64,000 bases of DNA, taken from an uncultured Desulfosarcina sp. (GTDB lineage: Bacteria; Desulfobacterota; Desulfobacteria; Desulfobacterales; Desulfosarcinaceae). The DNA is taken from positions 2,432,001 to 2,496,000 of the forward strand of contig CAXXWQ010000004.1 of assembly GCA_963674945.2 (NCBI GenBank), given 5' to 3'. The notes beneath the pieces are model-generated. The model was not told the DNA's origin, did no database searches, and saw nothing but the letters and a program-made list of their open reading frames with translations. Numbering within the stretch: position 1 is the stretch's first letter; the number at the start of each line of letters is the position of its first letter. This document shows, piece after piece, positions 1-9,519 of this stretch. Position numbers and translations under genes: made by a program.

Positions 1-387
1 ATCGGCCATATCTACAAGCTTGGACAGCTGATCGAAAGTACGGTCACGATCTGGCTCGAAGCTCACAATATTTAGGATAGGGTCGCCGAGTTCCTTGGCA
101 ATTTCGAGGTCACCAGAAAGGCTCTCCACATCGACTCCTGGCCGAAGGACCAGGAAGCCATCAATCAGCGAGGCGGAGATGCCCTTATCGCGCATCATAG
201 TGATCATATCTTGCCTGAGGGAGGCGTCGTCTCTGAGCGAGCTTTGCGGGTAGTTGTATGGATTGATGGGCCCTGGCGAGTTTAACCAGATACTGATGTG
301 CTGGCACCCGAGCTTAGCTACCAGATCGACCGCCTGAAGCGGTGGCATCCCCAAATGACTGTTAGGTTCGATTGCGATTCTTTCCAA
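1..387 (-). CDS. Sugar-phosphate isomerase/epimerase-like TIM-barrel protein (3' end outside window)
   Basis: Not in ORF track. TTG at 387 after GGAGG; reads MERIAIEPNSHLGMPPLQAVDLVAKLGCQHIS...SLRDDASLRQDM..., open to the window edge. Family assigned from recalled resemblance. Confidence 0.65.
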   Translation of the reverse strand, partial: MERIAIEPNSHLGMPPLQAVDLVAKLGCQHISIWLNSPGPINPYNYPQSSLRDDASLRQDMITMMRDKGISASLIDGFLVLRPGVDVESLSGDLEIAKELGDPILNIVSFEPDRDRTFDQLSKLVDMAD

Positions 388-475
388 TAGACGAATCCTC
401 CATAAAATGACTTTCCCATTGTTGGATCGAAAAGTGAAGTTGGTTAATTCAAAGATGTCGGGTGCAAATAATTAA

Positions 476-1213
476 TTAATCCAATGGCTTTTTGACAGCA
501 ATCGTCAATCCATCTTCGAATGGGAGAATCAAGATGTCTGCTCTATGATCTTTACTAATTTTCTCATTGAACTCACGGGTATGCGTTCCAAACTTGACCA
601 TGGTATCAAGCATCTGTTCCGGCCAGATTCTCGCTAACTTTTCTCGCATTGCTTCTTCACCTTTTACCGCAACCGAACCGGAGAAGAGGGTATTATCATA
701 GATGAGCATTCCCCCTGGACGAGCCAGTTTCATTCCCAAATCCCAATAATTCGGATAGCCGGGTTTATCAGCGTCGATAAACAGGAGGTCGAAGGTCTCG
801 CCATGTCCCTCATCCAGTAAGGATTGCATGGTTTCGGCTGCCGGACCGACACGCATGTCCGTCCTATCACTCACTCCGGCCTTTTCCCAATACTTACGCG
901 CTATCTTGGCATTGTTTTCATCGATTTCCATACCGACAAGCCATCCATCCTTCGGTATTGCCAGCGCCATACACAGAGCGCTGTATCCGGTGAAAGACCC
1001 CACGTCCAAAACTCGTTTTGCTTTTGTTGCCTTTACCATAAGCTGCAAAAATAGTCCCTGCCGGTGGGTCACCTGACAAATGGCATATGGATGATCAAGC
1101 GTCTCCTGGCGAAGCTCGGCCAGCACTTTGGGCTCGGGTGAAGAAAATGAATCAACGTATGCAAGAAGATTCTCATCAAAACCCAAAAAGTTACGACTCG
1201 TACCTAATTCCAT
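476..1213 (-). CDS. Cation-dependent O-methyltransferase (caffeoyl-CoA/catechol OMT family)
   Basis: LDVGSFTGYS SAM-binding motif; FIDADK and YDNTL metal-binding motifs. Confidence 0.9.
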   Translation of the reverse strand: MELGTSRNFLGFDENLLAYVDSFSSPEPKVLAELRQETLDHPYAICQVTHRQGLFLQLMVKATKAKRVLDVGSFTGYSALCMALAIPKDGWLVGMEIDENNAKIARKYWEKAGVSDRTDMRVGPAAETMQSLLDEGHGETFDLLFIDADKPGYPNYWDLGMKLARPGGMLIYDNTLFSGSVAVKGEEAMREKLARIWPEQMLDTMVKFGTHTREFNEKISKDHRADILILPFEDGLTIAVKKPLD

Positions 1214-1300
1214 ATCTTATCCTCCTTTAATCTGATATTGCTTTTTACCGGTATCATCTGATCCAACTTAGCAAAGGTCCTCCATCTGCCTATCTCGCTT

Positions 1301-1870
1301 TCAAGCAAGTTCATCTTCGCTATCGTCAAACCAATCCACTGGGCTATTTTCAAACCTTAACAGGAGTTTTTCCAATAGCAAATTTAATAGAACAACCTCT
1401 GCAAAGGTGAATTCAGCAAAATAAGACTGCATTCTCCTGACGGCGATTTTATCTGTGATTTCATGAAATTTTTTACCATGATCGGTCATTCTCACCAGAA
1501 CGACGCGCTTATCGTTGGGATCAGATAATCGTTCAGCTAAGTCATTGTCGACCCACCAGGCGACCAGACGATTGGTGGTTGCGGGCGGTAGTAAAAGCTC
1601 CTTCGTCAAATCTCCCATGCTGATGTTTGGCCGGTTAAATAGAATCTTGCCTATCGCATAAAAGGCGAGACTGCCTGCAATCAGACCAGGATTATTGCCC
1701 TTGATGAAAAATTTTTCCAACATCCTTTTTGCCCCCTCACTCTTTTGAATCCCTGAGTTGGCAAGGTGAAACTCCACCTTCCTGAAGTTACCAATAAAAC
1801 GGGCAGTCCATTCTGGAGATGATATTTCTTGCAGATTGTTTTTTATCATTTTGTCCCTTTTTATTTCCAT
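1301..1870 (-). CDS. MarR-family transcriptional regulator
   Basis: Winged-HTH signature RLSDPNDKRVVLVRMTDHGK. Confidence 0.85.
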   Translation of the reverse strand: MEIKRDKMIKNNLQEISSPEWTARFIGNFRKVEFHLANSGIQKSEGAKRMLEKFFIKGNNPGLIAGSLAFYAIGKILFNRPNISMGDLTKELLLPPATTNRLVAWWVDNDLAERLSDPNDKRVVLVRMTDHGKKFHEITDKIAVRRMQSYFAEFTFAEVVLLNLLLEKLLLRFENSPVDWFDDSEDELA

Positions 1871-1908
1871 TTGGAAACATTAGTAGCCTCTATAAAATTA
1901 AATGTCAA
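1864..1908 (-). promoter_or_regulatory. Sigma70 promoter and palindromic operator of the marR operon
   Basis: TTGACA (1908-1903), 17 bp, TACTAA (1885-1880); palindrome TTTCCA-TT-TGGAAA (1864-1877) overlaps the start codon. Confidence 0.55.
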
Positions 1909-2239
1909 TTCTTGATTTCGTTTAAACAAGAAAAAAATGCATTAATTCGAAATGGTTTAAAGGATATTGGCCAGATAAATTGCTAAAATATCTCTTATCG
2001 GTAAACCACAGAAGAACTTTCCATATGGATATTTTTACTTTTTTCACCCTGGTTGTGAATCAGAACATTAAAAATGTAAGGACAAAACTGTTTTTTCAAG
2101 ACAGATGAAGAACGAATTCAGAAAGTAGTGTACGGAACTAGTGCAGTGGACCCGAAAGGCTGGATAGTTGGCCAGCCGAGAATAGAACCATTGAAAAATC
2201 TGGTGCGCTATTTGGAAGTACGCTTTCGCCAGATTTCTT

Positions 2240-2362
2240 GATTTCAAGGCGACAATTACCCATACCATATCTTGTGGTCTGCCATTATTCCCCGAGGTAC
2301 AGATTATAAAAATAATCTGAACCGAATCTCAAAAATTGATTTTTTCATATATGTACAGGATA
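2240..2362 (+). repeat. Left long imperfect inverted repeat flanking the integrase
   Basis: Aligns by eye, with one gap, to the reverse complement of 3460-3583; contains palindrome CAGATTA-TAAAAA-TAATCTG. Confidence 0.85.
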
Positions 2363-2521
2363 GTTTGATACAATGGAGACCGTCAAATCGTTTGATTACA
2401 TCAGAGAATCCCCTTCCAATTTTCTTTGCAGATTATTGAATATCCACTCCGCTCCAGGATATAATGGTGGTCATCGGGCATAGCCCGTCTTTCAAACCTA
2501 CAATTTTACAGGAGGTCCACC

Positions 2522-3359
2522 ATGAAACTTTCAAAAGCAGCAACAATCTGGATTGGCTATCACGAAAACCATTCGAAAAAAAAACACACTCCGATCCTAT
2601 AAAGCCGTTATTGACCCGTTTCGCCGGGAATTTGGTGACAGGACAATCGGTCAGGTCACACCGGATGAAATCCTAACATTCCTGAACCACCTCACCGATG
2701 GCAACAAACCCTATACAAAGCGGGTTCGATTTGCCCAATTATCGTCTTTCTTCAGTTTCGTACGGAACAACATCGATTCCGAATCAGCAAATCCATGCGA
2801 TTCCCCCATGATCCGGAAACTTTATCGCCAAAAAGTGACATCAAAGTGGGAAATCATCGAAAAAGGAACGATTGACGAGATTATATTCCGAACGACCAAG
2901 AATCGTAATCGCTTATTGCTCGAATTGATGGCCCGTGGCGGGATGCGGGTCGGAGAGGTGCTGAAGCTCAGGTTGAAAGACATTCGAGATCAGAAGTTGG
3001 TCCTTTACGATCCGAAAAGCGGCAAAGAGCAAGAGATCGTGTTCATACCTCAGAAGGTAGCCGACCGCCTCCGTGATTATGCCCACCAAGTATGCAAAAA
3101 GCCCGAGGATCGTATATTTCCCATTTGCTACGAGGCAGCGCGGATGATTGTTCTGAAAGCAGGGAAACTGGTGGGCATCCACTTACGTCCCCATGACCTG
3201 CGCCGTCACGCCGCGACATTTGCATCTCGATCTGGCTTACCCATTGAAATTATTTCTAAAGTTATCCTTCGACACGCGAATCTTTCGACTACCCAGATGT
3301 ACCTGGGAACAATAAAAGATGTGGAGGCGATCAGATGGATTGATAACCTTTATAGTTAA
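2522..3359 (+). CDS. Tyrosine recombinase/integrase, interrupted by a +1 frameshift in an A9 tract
   Basis: R(VGE), HDLRRH, LRHANLSTTQMY catalytic motifs. RBS CAGGAGG and ATG at 2522; joins ORF 2553..3359 only if one A of 2576-2584 is removed. Confidence 0.85.
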
Positions 3360-3459
3360 AAACTACGGGGCGGATCACCGAGATGGGGTTTCGCCCCATG
3401 TCTGCAGATACCTTCCAACTGCTATGAAATCTGTATTATCTAACATTTCAGCAAGTTGA

Positions 3460-3583
3460 TATCCTGTACGTATCTGAAAAATGCGATTTCTGTGATGCGG
3501 GCCAGATTAGTTTTAATAAGCTGTACTTCAGGGCAAATCGGCCGACCACAAGATGTGGGATTGATGGTGTTCGTCTTAAAATC
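3460..3583 (-). repeat. Right long imperfect inverted repeat flanking the integrase
   Basis: Reverse complement shares blocks ATCTTGTGGTC, GTACAG, TAATCTG and GTACAGGATA with 2240-2362 in the same order and spacing. Confidence 0.85.
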
Positions 3584-3845
3584 GGCGACAATGGCAAGTA
3601 AACACACGAATTGGTGGTGTCCATTATTGTGGGATAGCCAGAACATAATTTGGCAGAAGAAAATTTATTATCACTCAATTTCTATCTGGCATAAAACTCT
3701 ATCTCTTCGCATTTCTCTAAGAATGCTATTAATGTCGCTGATAGGGTATTTACGTGTAAATGCTGGCCACGTTGGTGACATGGATGCTGAAATTAGAATC
3801 TTCATTTTTCTGTAGCGGCTATCAGACCCTATGATTGTAACTGCG

Positions 3846-4496
3846 TTATCTTTGTAAATCTTTGTAGATGACATCATTGCAGTCCGGGCAAATTGTATGC
3901 GTTATTTTGGAATTGGTGTACCGCTGAAGATAAATGTCCAATGGCCACCATCGATCAACTTCGTCCCTGATACGTTTGCACCCACTGCAAACAGGTAGAA
4001 GCTCACGTAACAATTTGTTTTCGACAATGAGCTTTTGCTTTTCTAGTAGGGCTTCATTCAGCCGATGAATCATTTCTTCCTGGCCGAGCTCGAATTTTTT
4101 CCGCTCAGTGATATCTCTGCTGACTCCGACGATTTTTATGGGCTCATCGTTTTCCTCTATCAGTTTGGCACATATTTCAACCCAATAGACCGTTCCATTT
4201 TTATGGATCATCTCAACTTCGATGGTATGAGTAGGTTCGGGCACCTTTTTCATCTGCAGCAGCGACTGTTTCAGTTCGTTCACCAATTCTTCATAAACTT
4301 TTATTGGCATTCGTTCTTTCAGAGCCATACCGATGTATTCATCTGCACGATAACCACTGAGCCGCTCAATGGAGGGGGTGATGTAATTAAATGTCATTGT
4401 CTCAATATCGATTACCCAGATGGCGTCGAATATGTTCTCGTTCAATAGTTGATTGTTCTCTTCAAGCTTTTTGATTCTTGCAGCGATATCAGGCAT
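3846..4496 (-). CDS. PAS/PAC protein with C-terminal CxxC...HxxCxxC putative Zn-binding tail
   Basis: PAC motif HKNGTVYWVE...GVSRDITERK; tail LLPVCSGCKRIRD...THTICPDC; AAAGGA RBS before ATG 4496. Confidence 0.8.
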   Translation of the reverse strand: MPDIAARIKKLEENNQLLNENIFDAIWVIDIETMTFNYITPSIERLSGYRADEYIGMALKERMPIKVYEELVNELKQSLLQMKKVPEPTHTIEVEMIHKNGTVYWVEICAKLIEENDEPIKIVGVSRDITERKKFELGQEEMIHRLNEALLEKQKLIVENKLLRELLPVCSGCKRIRDEVDRWWPLDIYLQRYTNSKITHTICPDCNDVIYKDLQR

Positions 4497-4613
4497 GGTA
4501 GTTTTCCTTTGTTTGCTCCGTAAGACATCCTTTGATGTTTCCGCTTCCAGTTTTCTATTTATTTTTGAATTGTAAGCACCCACATCTTTCTTATGGCGTT
4601 TCGTCTTTACTTC

Positions 4614-5027
4614 TCAAACATTCATCTTTTGATGGACGACCTGAAGAAGCACCGGCAGATTGTTGCCGATGAAGCCGGCCAGCATCACACTGATCTCTAT
4701 TTTCTTCAGCCTGTCATCTTCATTGTCTGAACCTATGGGAAACGGTCCATGGAAGCCATCACGACAACCGGTTTCCTCGTAGCACCGCTTTAGGGTGTCC
4801 AGAATCGCCTGCACTAAGCCATGGGTCCGTTCGCTATGTAGTAGGAACCGTCCTCGATGCATCGCATTGCCCAGCATTGAGTAAATTCGTTTGTTTGCCC
4901 ACAGGATTTCGCAATCCTCAACCTTCCAATTGCCTTTGGTATCCAGGCTGATGCCGATACCGGATGGTGTTGAATCGAGAATTGTCAAAAGCTTCGGTTG
5001 CAGCAGCTTCAAAGCTTCTTCTAACAT
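4614..5027 (-). CDS. Hypothetical protein, possibly a degenerate PAS domain
   Basis: ILDSTPSGI...EILWANK resembles a PAS start; AGGGGA RBS. Confidence 0.5.
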   Translation of the reverse strand: MLEEALKLLQPKLLTILDSTPSGIGISLDTKGNWKVEDCEILWANKRIYSMLGNAMHRGRFLLHSERTHGLVQAILDTLKRCYEETGCRDGFHGPFPIGSDNEDDRLKKIEISVMLAGFIGNNLPVLLQVVHQKMNV

Positions 5028-5111
5028 GACGGTTTCCCCTATCGGATACCCCGAAATTAAAATGAGCAGCAGAAACAAGATCTGTAAATTCCCGCTGACC
5101 ACAGTTTAGCG

Positions 5112-7115
5112 TTATACTTTAAACTGATCCACCATCTGCTTCAGGCTCTCTGATAGCCGGGACAGTTCCTGGGCGCTGATATTGACCTGGCTGCTGCCGG
5201 TGGACATCTCATTCATGGAAAGACTTACGTTGGCGATGTCTTTTGAAATTTCAGCGGATACCGCCGAACTCTGATTGACGTTCTCATTAACCTCCTGAAT
5301 ACCTTGGGAGGCCTGGGCCACATTGTTGGCGATGTCTTTGGTCGCTGAACTCTGCTCTTCCACGGCGGTGGCGATTGTGGCTACCACCTCGTTGACATCG
5401 GTGATGACCGTGGTGATCTCGCTGATTTGTCCCACGGTCATGTTGGTGGTCCCCTGAATGCCTTCGATTTTCTCCTTGATATCCTGGGTGGCTTCGGCTG
5501 TCTGCTTGGCCAGTTCCTTGATCTCGTTGGCCACCACGGCAAAGCCCTTGCCCGCCTCTCCGGCCCGTGCCGCTTCGATGGTGGCGTTGAGGGCCAACAG
5601 ATTGACCTGCTCGCTGATGTCGGTAATGGTCTCGATGACTTTGCCGATGGCGTTGGCCGCCTCGCCCAACCGGTCCATGTTGGTGGAGGCACTGGATGCC
5701 TTATGGGCGGCCTCATCGGAGATGCTGCGGGCTTTTTCGGCATTCTGGGCGATCTCGCTGATGGTGACGGACATTTCCTCCGATGCCGTGGCCACCATGT
5801 TGGTATTGGTGGCCGACTGCTCAATTGCGGCAGCCACGCTTTTCATGTTGGCGCTCATCTCCTCGGCGGCAGCGGAGACGGTATTGGAGTTGTCGGAGAC
5901 ATTGGTGATGCCCTGGGTCATCTGTTCGGAGATGGCGGAGAGTTCAGTGGACGATGCGGAGAGCGTTTCTACGCCGGCAGCAATATCCTTGATGATGCCC
6001 TGCAGCTTTTCGATGAAGATATTGAACCATTTCGCCAGCGCGCCGACTTCGTCGCGGCTGCTCACCTGAAGGCGCATGGTCAGGTCGCCTTCTCCCCGGG
6101 CGATGTCCTTGAGGCCGGCCACGGCGGCATTGATGGGCCTTACGATGGATCGTGCGGCAAACAGAACGATTAAAACCACGATCAGACCGGCCACGAGTGT
6201 GACGATAACGTTGGCGTTGCGGATGGCATTGGAAGCAAAGAGAAACTCCTCCTGGTCCTGTGTGGCGCTGATGGACCACCCATCGATCCCAACCGGAGCA
6301 AACCCGGCAATTTTAGGAACCCCTTCAAAAATATATTGCTCCACACCCGTTTCACCTTTTAACATTTTATTGATGAAAACATTCATCCCTTTCAGAGTTG
6401 TGGCATTCAATCTCAGTATGAAATCGGTCTTGGGATGGGCCAGAACGGTGCCTTGGTTGTCAATCATAAAACCATAACCGGTCTTTCCGATTTTGCGATC
6501 GGTGATGAGCCGGGTAAACGTTTCGGCCTTGATAATAACACCCAAGGCCCCAAAGAACTGCCCTTGATCGGACACGATGGGGGCACATGCAACCATGATC
6601 GGCTGACCGGTTTTTTTCGAAACAACCATTTTGCTGACCACCGCCTTTCCTTCCCGCCGGGCGGATTGAAAATACCCTCTGTCACCGACGCTGATGCCCT
6701 TTGCTTCGCCACCATCTTCCATGACGCCGGTAATCACATTCCCCTGGTCATCGGCGATGAAAATTGACTCGTAGTGATCCCCCAATCGACGAAATTGGTT
6801 GCTCAGATCGGAGAACACCGACTGGAGCGAAGATGCATTGGTCGTGATGCCCGACCTGGAAACGGCTTCACTCAATGCGACGATATTGGCCTGGCTCGCC
6901 AGCCCCTGCGCCTTTTCCATTTCCCCATGGATGAAGGTTCGGGTTAGCGATGCCAGGTCCAATGCGATTCCCACGGCCTGGATTTCCCCCATCTCCAACA
7001 TGGCCGTCCTGGCTTTGGAAAATGAAATATACCCTACAATGATCAATGGAATCAGCACTGCCGCGAGACCGCCAAAAATGAGTTTGGAAGAGATGGATTG
7101 CAGGTTGATCTTCAT
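5112..7115 (-). CDS. Methyl-accepting chemotaxis protein (Cache sensor, HAMP)
   Basis: Two TM segments; [25 protein letters not shown] hairpin tip; AAGGAG RBS before ATG 7115. Confidence 0.95.
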   Translation of the reverse strand: MKINLQSISSKLIFGGLAAVLIPLIIVGYISFSKARTAMLEMGEIQAVGIALDLASLTRTFIHGEMEKAQGLASQANIVALSEAVSRSGITTNASSLQSVFSDLSNQFRRLGDHYESIFIADDQGNVITGVMEDGGEAKGISVGDRGYFQSARREGKAVVSKMVVSKKTGQPIMVACAPIVSDQGQFFGALGVIIKAETFTRLITDRKIGKTGYGFMIDNQGTVLAHPKTDFILRLNATTLKGMNVFINKMLKGETGVEQYIFEGVPKIAGFAPVGIDGWSISATQDQEEFLFASNAIRNANVIVTLVAGLIVVLIVLFAARSIVRPINAAVAGLKDIARGEGDLTMRLQVSSRDEVGALAKWFNIFIEKLQGIIKDIAAGVETLSASSTELSAISEQMTQGITNVSDNSNTVSAAAEEMSANMKSVAAAIEQSATNTNMVATASEEMSVTISEIAQNAEKARSISDEAAHKASSASTNMDRLGEAANAIGKVIETITDISEQVNLLALNATIEAARAGEAGKGFAVVANEIKELAKQTAEATQDIKEKIEGIQGTTNMTVGQISEITTVITDVNEVVATIATAVEEQSSATKDIANNVAQASQGIQEVNENVNQSSAVSAEISKDIANVSLSMNEMSTGSSQVNISAQELSRLSESLKQMVDQFKV

Positions 7116-7147
7116 GTTGATGCTCCTTACTGATTTTATGGTCATAG

Positions 7148-7384
7148 TTACAACTGTTTATGGTAGAATAGACTTAGGATTCGAAGAATCTGGATAGCTT
7201 CCAGTGTAGTCTGGACCATTTTGACCAAATTCGATTTGACATCCTCTTTGACATCTTCGGGTAGATCAGAACATAAGAGCATTTCAAATTGGCTGTTGAT
7301 CATGATCAGGTACATGTTGATGCCCTGAAGGCCATCAAGTATGATTTTTCCTGTTTTTTCAATTCTATGGTGTGGTTGCATCAT
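7148..7384 (-). CDS. Small hypothetical helical protein
   Basis: ORF in operon position with GAGGAG RBS. Confidence 0.45.
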   Translation of the reverse strand: MMQPHHRIEKTGKIILDGLQGINMYLIMINSQFEMLLCSDLPEDVKEDVKSNLVKMVQTTLEAIQILRILSLFYHKQL

Positions 7385-7456
7385 TGTCTCCTCATCGACT
7401 CCATAGTACGTGTGATTTTCAATCTCCTTCCCGATTAACAAACATCTTCTTTGCGC

Positions 7457-7867
7457 TTAATACGTTCTGCGCAAATCCTTTACGCTTTCTACCCCTCTGA
7501 AGTTTCTAATAAATATCTTTCGTAAAACAGATAATATATCATTCACCCCCATCTCCAAATAGGAGATAAAGCTTGGATTTAACTGTAAGGCCATCGAGAG
7601 GGTTTTCTTGTCATTGTCCGTTAGAACCAAAATCAGCCGGGTATCACGTAACAGCGCTTTCAATCCAAGTACTTGGCCGATGGCCTCTTCAGATGAAAGA
7701 AACATGACGATTGCTGCCACTCGATGTAACGGCTTGCGAAGATGCCGCAATAAATTCTCAAATGAGATGATCGGCTTCACATGGATACCTGGCAGCTGAT
7801 TGTTTACCAGCCTTTGGAGCCTCCTGATTTGTTCGTTTGATATATCCCCGAAAAGTAAAAGCTTCAT
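7457..7867 (-). CDS. Hypothetical protein with a degenerate receiver-like pattern
   Basis: Alternating beta/alpha pattern (MKLLLF...AAIVMF...LILVL...FISY); first gene after a sigma54 promoter. Confidence 0.55.
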   Translation of the reverse strand: MKLLLFGDISNEQIRRLQRLVNNQLPGIHVKPIISFENLLRHLRKPLHRVAAIVMFLSSEEAIGQVLGLKALLRDTRLILVLTDNDKKTLSMALQLNPSFISYLEMGVNDILSVLRKIFIRNFRGVESVKDLRRTY

Positions 7868-7934
7868 TGTATCCGTCTTTAAGACTGTTTTAATGGATTT
7901 GCCGTTTTCATTTTGGCTATCAGCTACAATAGAT

Positions 7935-7951
7935 AGCAGGAAAAATGCCAA
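7935..7951 (-). promoter_or_regulatory. Sigma54 -24/-12 promoter
   Basis: TTGGCATTTTTCCTGCT (GG-N10-GC); IHF-like AATCGAATAGTTG at 7980-7992. Confidence 0.75.
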
Positions 7952-8033
7952 TAAAATGAACTGATAAAAAATGAATTAAAATCGAATAGTTGAAATAGTG
8001 TTCGGGCGGTAAAGATGGGGTTTTGGGGAAGGA

Positions 8034-8078
8034 TTTACTGAATCCGGGAACGCAAGTCATTCCTCATTACAGGAATGA
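8034..8078. promoter_or_regulatory. Putative tandem enhancer sites for the adjacent NtrC-family activator
   Basis: Perfect inverted repeat TCATTCCT-N6-AGGAATGA (8057-8078) plus a degenerate copy TTACTG...GGGAA, about 100 bp upstream of the sigma54 site. Confidence 0.5.
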
Positions 8079-8115
8079 AGAACGATAGCAGCGCGATGGG
8101 TTTAAAAATCGCTTT

Positions 8116-9516
8116 TCAGGAACCAAAACCAGGAAGATTGTATTTCCTTAGCAGGGAATACAGCCTGGACTGAGAGACACCAGACAGGCGAGACGCTTTT
8201 TTACGATCCCCCTTAGCCAGATCAAGTAACTCGGTAAGGTACTCTTTCTCAAGTTTCTCTCGTAGATCATACAACTTTGGAAAATTGCTTTCACTATTTA
8301 GCGCGATATCGGGCAACGTGGCGGCATTATCCTGTTGAGGGGATTTGAAGGAAATACCTTTAAGCCGGTATTGAGGTGGCAAATGTTTGGGTACCAATGT
8401 GGGGCCCTTACCGGCTGAAGCCAATGAATGCTCCAATACGTTGATCAGCTCGCGCACATTGCCCGGCCATTCGTGATTGGTAAGCATGGCCATAAAATCC
8501 GGTGAAATGGCCTTGGCCTCAATGTTGTAATGATTAGAAAGTTCATGGATTTTTTTATAAACGATTTCTTTAATATCTTTTCCGCGTTCCCGTAAAGGCG
8601 GAAGTTTAATTTCAATCGCCCGGATGCGGTATAATAAATCTTCCCTGAACAAGCTATTTTCAACCATCTGATCAAGGTCGAGGTTGGTCGCGGCCACCAG
8701 TCGGATATCGACGGCGATTTCCTTTTTTCCGCCGATGGGTCGGACTTTCCTTTCTTGAAGCGTCCGTAAAAACGTTTTTTGGACGGATAGGGGCATGTCG
8801 CCGACTTCATCAAGCATCAGTGTCCCACCATTGGCTTGGACCACAAGGCCATCCTGCCTGGCAGCGGCACCGGTAAAAGCGCCTTTTTCGTGACCAAACA
8901 GGGTGCTTTCGATCAGCGTGTCGGGAAGTGCGCCACAATCCACAGCAATAAACGGCCCGGAGGCTCTTCTGCTGTTTTCATGTATCGCCCTTGAAAAGAG
9001 CTCTTTGCCGGTCCCTGTTTCTCCGGTGATCAGGATGCTGGCATCCGTTGATGCGGCATTGGCAACTTCCTCCAGACACTTTCTAATGGCCGCTGATTCG
9101 CCAACGATGCCAGTCCGAACCAGGGGTACCAGCTGGCGGCTCGATAATTTTTCTCTCCGGTATGCCAGTGCCCTTTTTATGGGCAATGTCACCTCATCCA
9201 AATTGAAGGGCTTCTGAACATAGTCCCAGGCATCGTACTTGAACGCCATCTCCGCACCCCTGACGTCCCCGGTCCCGGTTATGATAATCACTTCAGGGGA
9301 ATAAGGGGCGTTGATAAGATCCGGCATGATATCCAGCCCGTTACCGTCCGGAAGTTCAAGATCCAGCAACACAAGATCGAATTTGTTGGCCTGGCTTAGT
9401 TTTTTCCCCTTGTCGATCCGGTTTGCCGTGAAGGTCTCATGCCCCATTTTATGAAGAAGGGTTTTTAAAAAAAGGCATATTTTCGAATCGTCATCGATAA
9501 TTAAAATTCGGGCCAT
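8116..9516 (-). CDS. Sigma54-dependent response regulator (REC-AAA+-HTH, NtrC family)
   Basis: REC domain (IIDDD, LLDLELPD), GETGTGKE, GAFTGA, WPGNVREL. Confidence 0.95.
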   Translation of the reverse strand: MARILIIDDDSKICLFLKTLLHKMGHETFTANRIDKGKKLSQANKFDLVLLDLELPDGNGLDIMPDLINAPYSPEVIIITGTGDVRGAEMAFKYDAWDYVQKPFNLDEVTLPIKRALAYRREKLSSRQLVPLVRTGIVGESAAIRKCLEEVANAASTDASILITGETGTGKELFSRAIHENSRRASGPFIAVDCGALPDTLIESTLFGHEKGAFTGAAARQDGLVVQANGGTLMLDEVGDMPLSVQKTFLRTLQERKVRPIGGKKEIAVDIRLVAATNLDLDQMVENSLFREDLLYRIRAIEIKLPPLRERGKDIKEIVYKKIHELSNHYNIEAKAISPDFMAMLTNHEWPGNVRELINVLEHSLASAGKGPTLVPKHLPPQYRLKGISFKSPQQDNAATLPDIALNSESNFPKLYDLREKLEKEYLTELLDLAKGDRKKASRLSGVSQSRLYSLLRKYNLPGFGS

Positions 9517-9519
9517 AGT

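Noticed and set aside
2068..3877. Short ORFs 2068..2268, 3440..3646, 3448..3678, 3456..3815 and 3671..3877
   Set aside because: Most overlap the inverted repeats or each other, and none has a convincing RBS or motif
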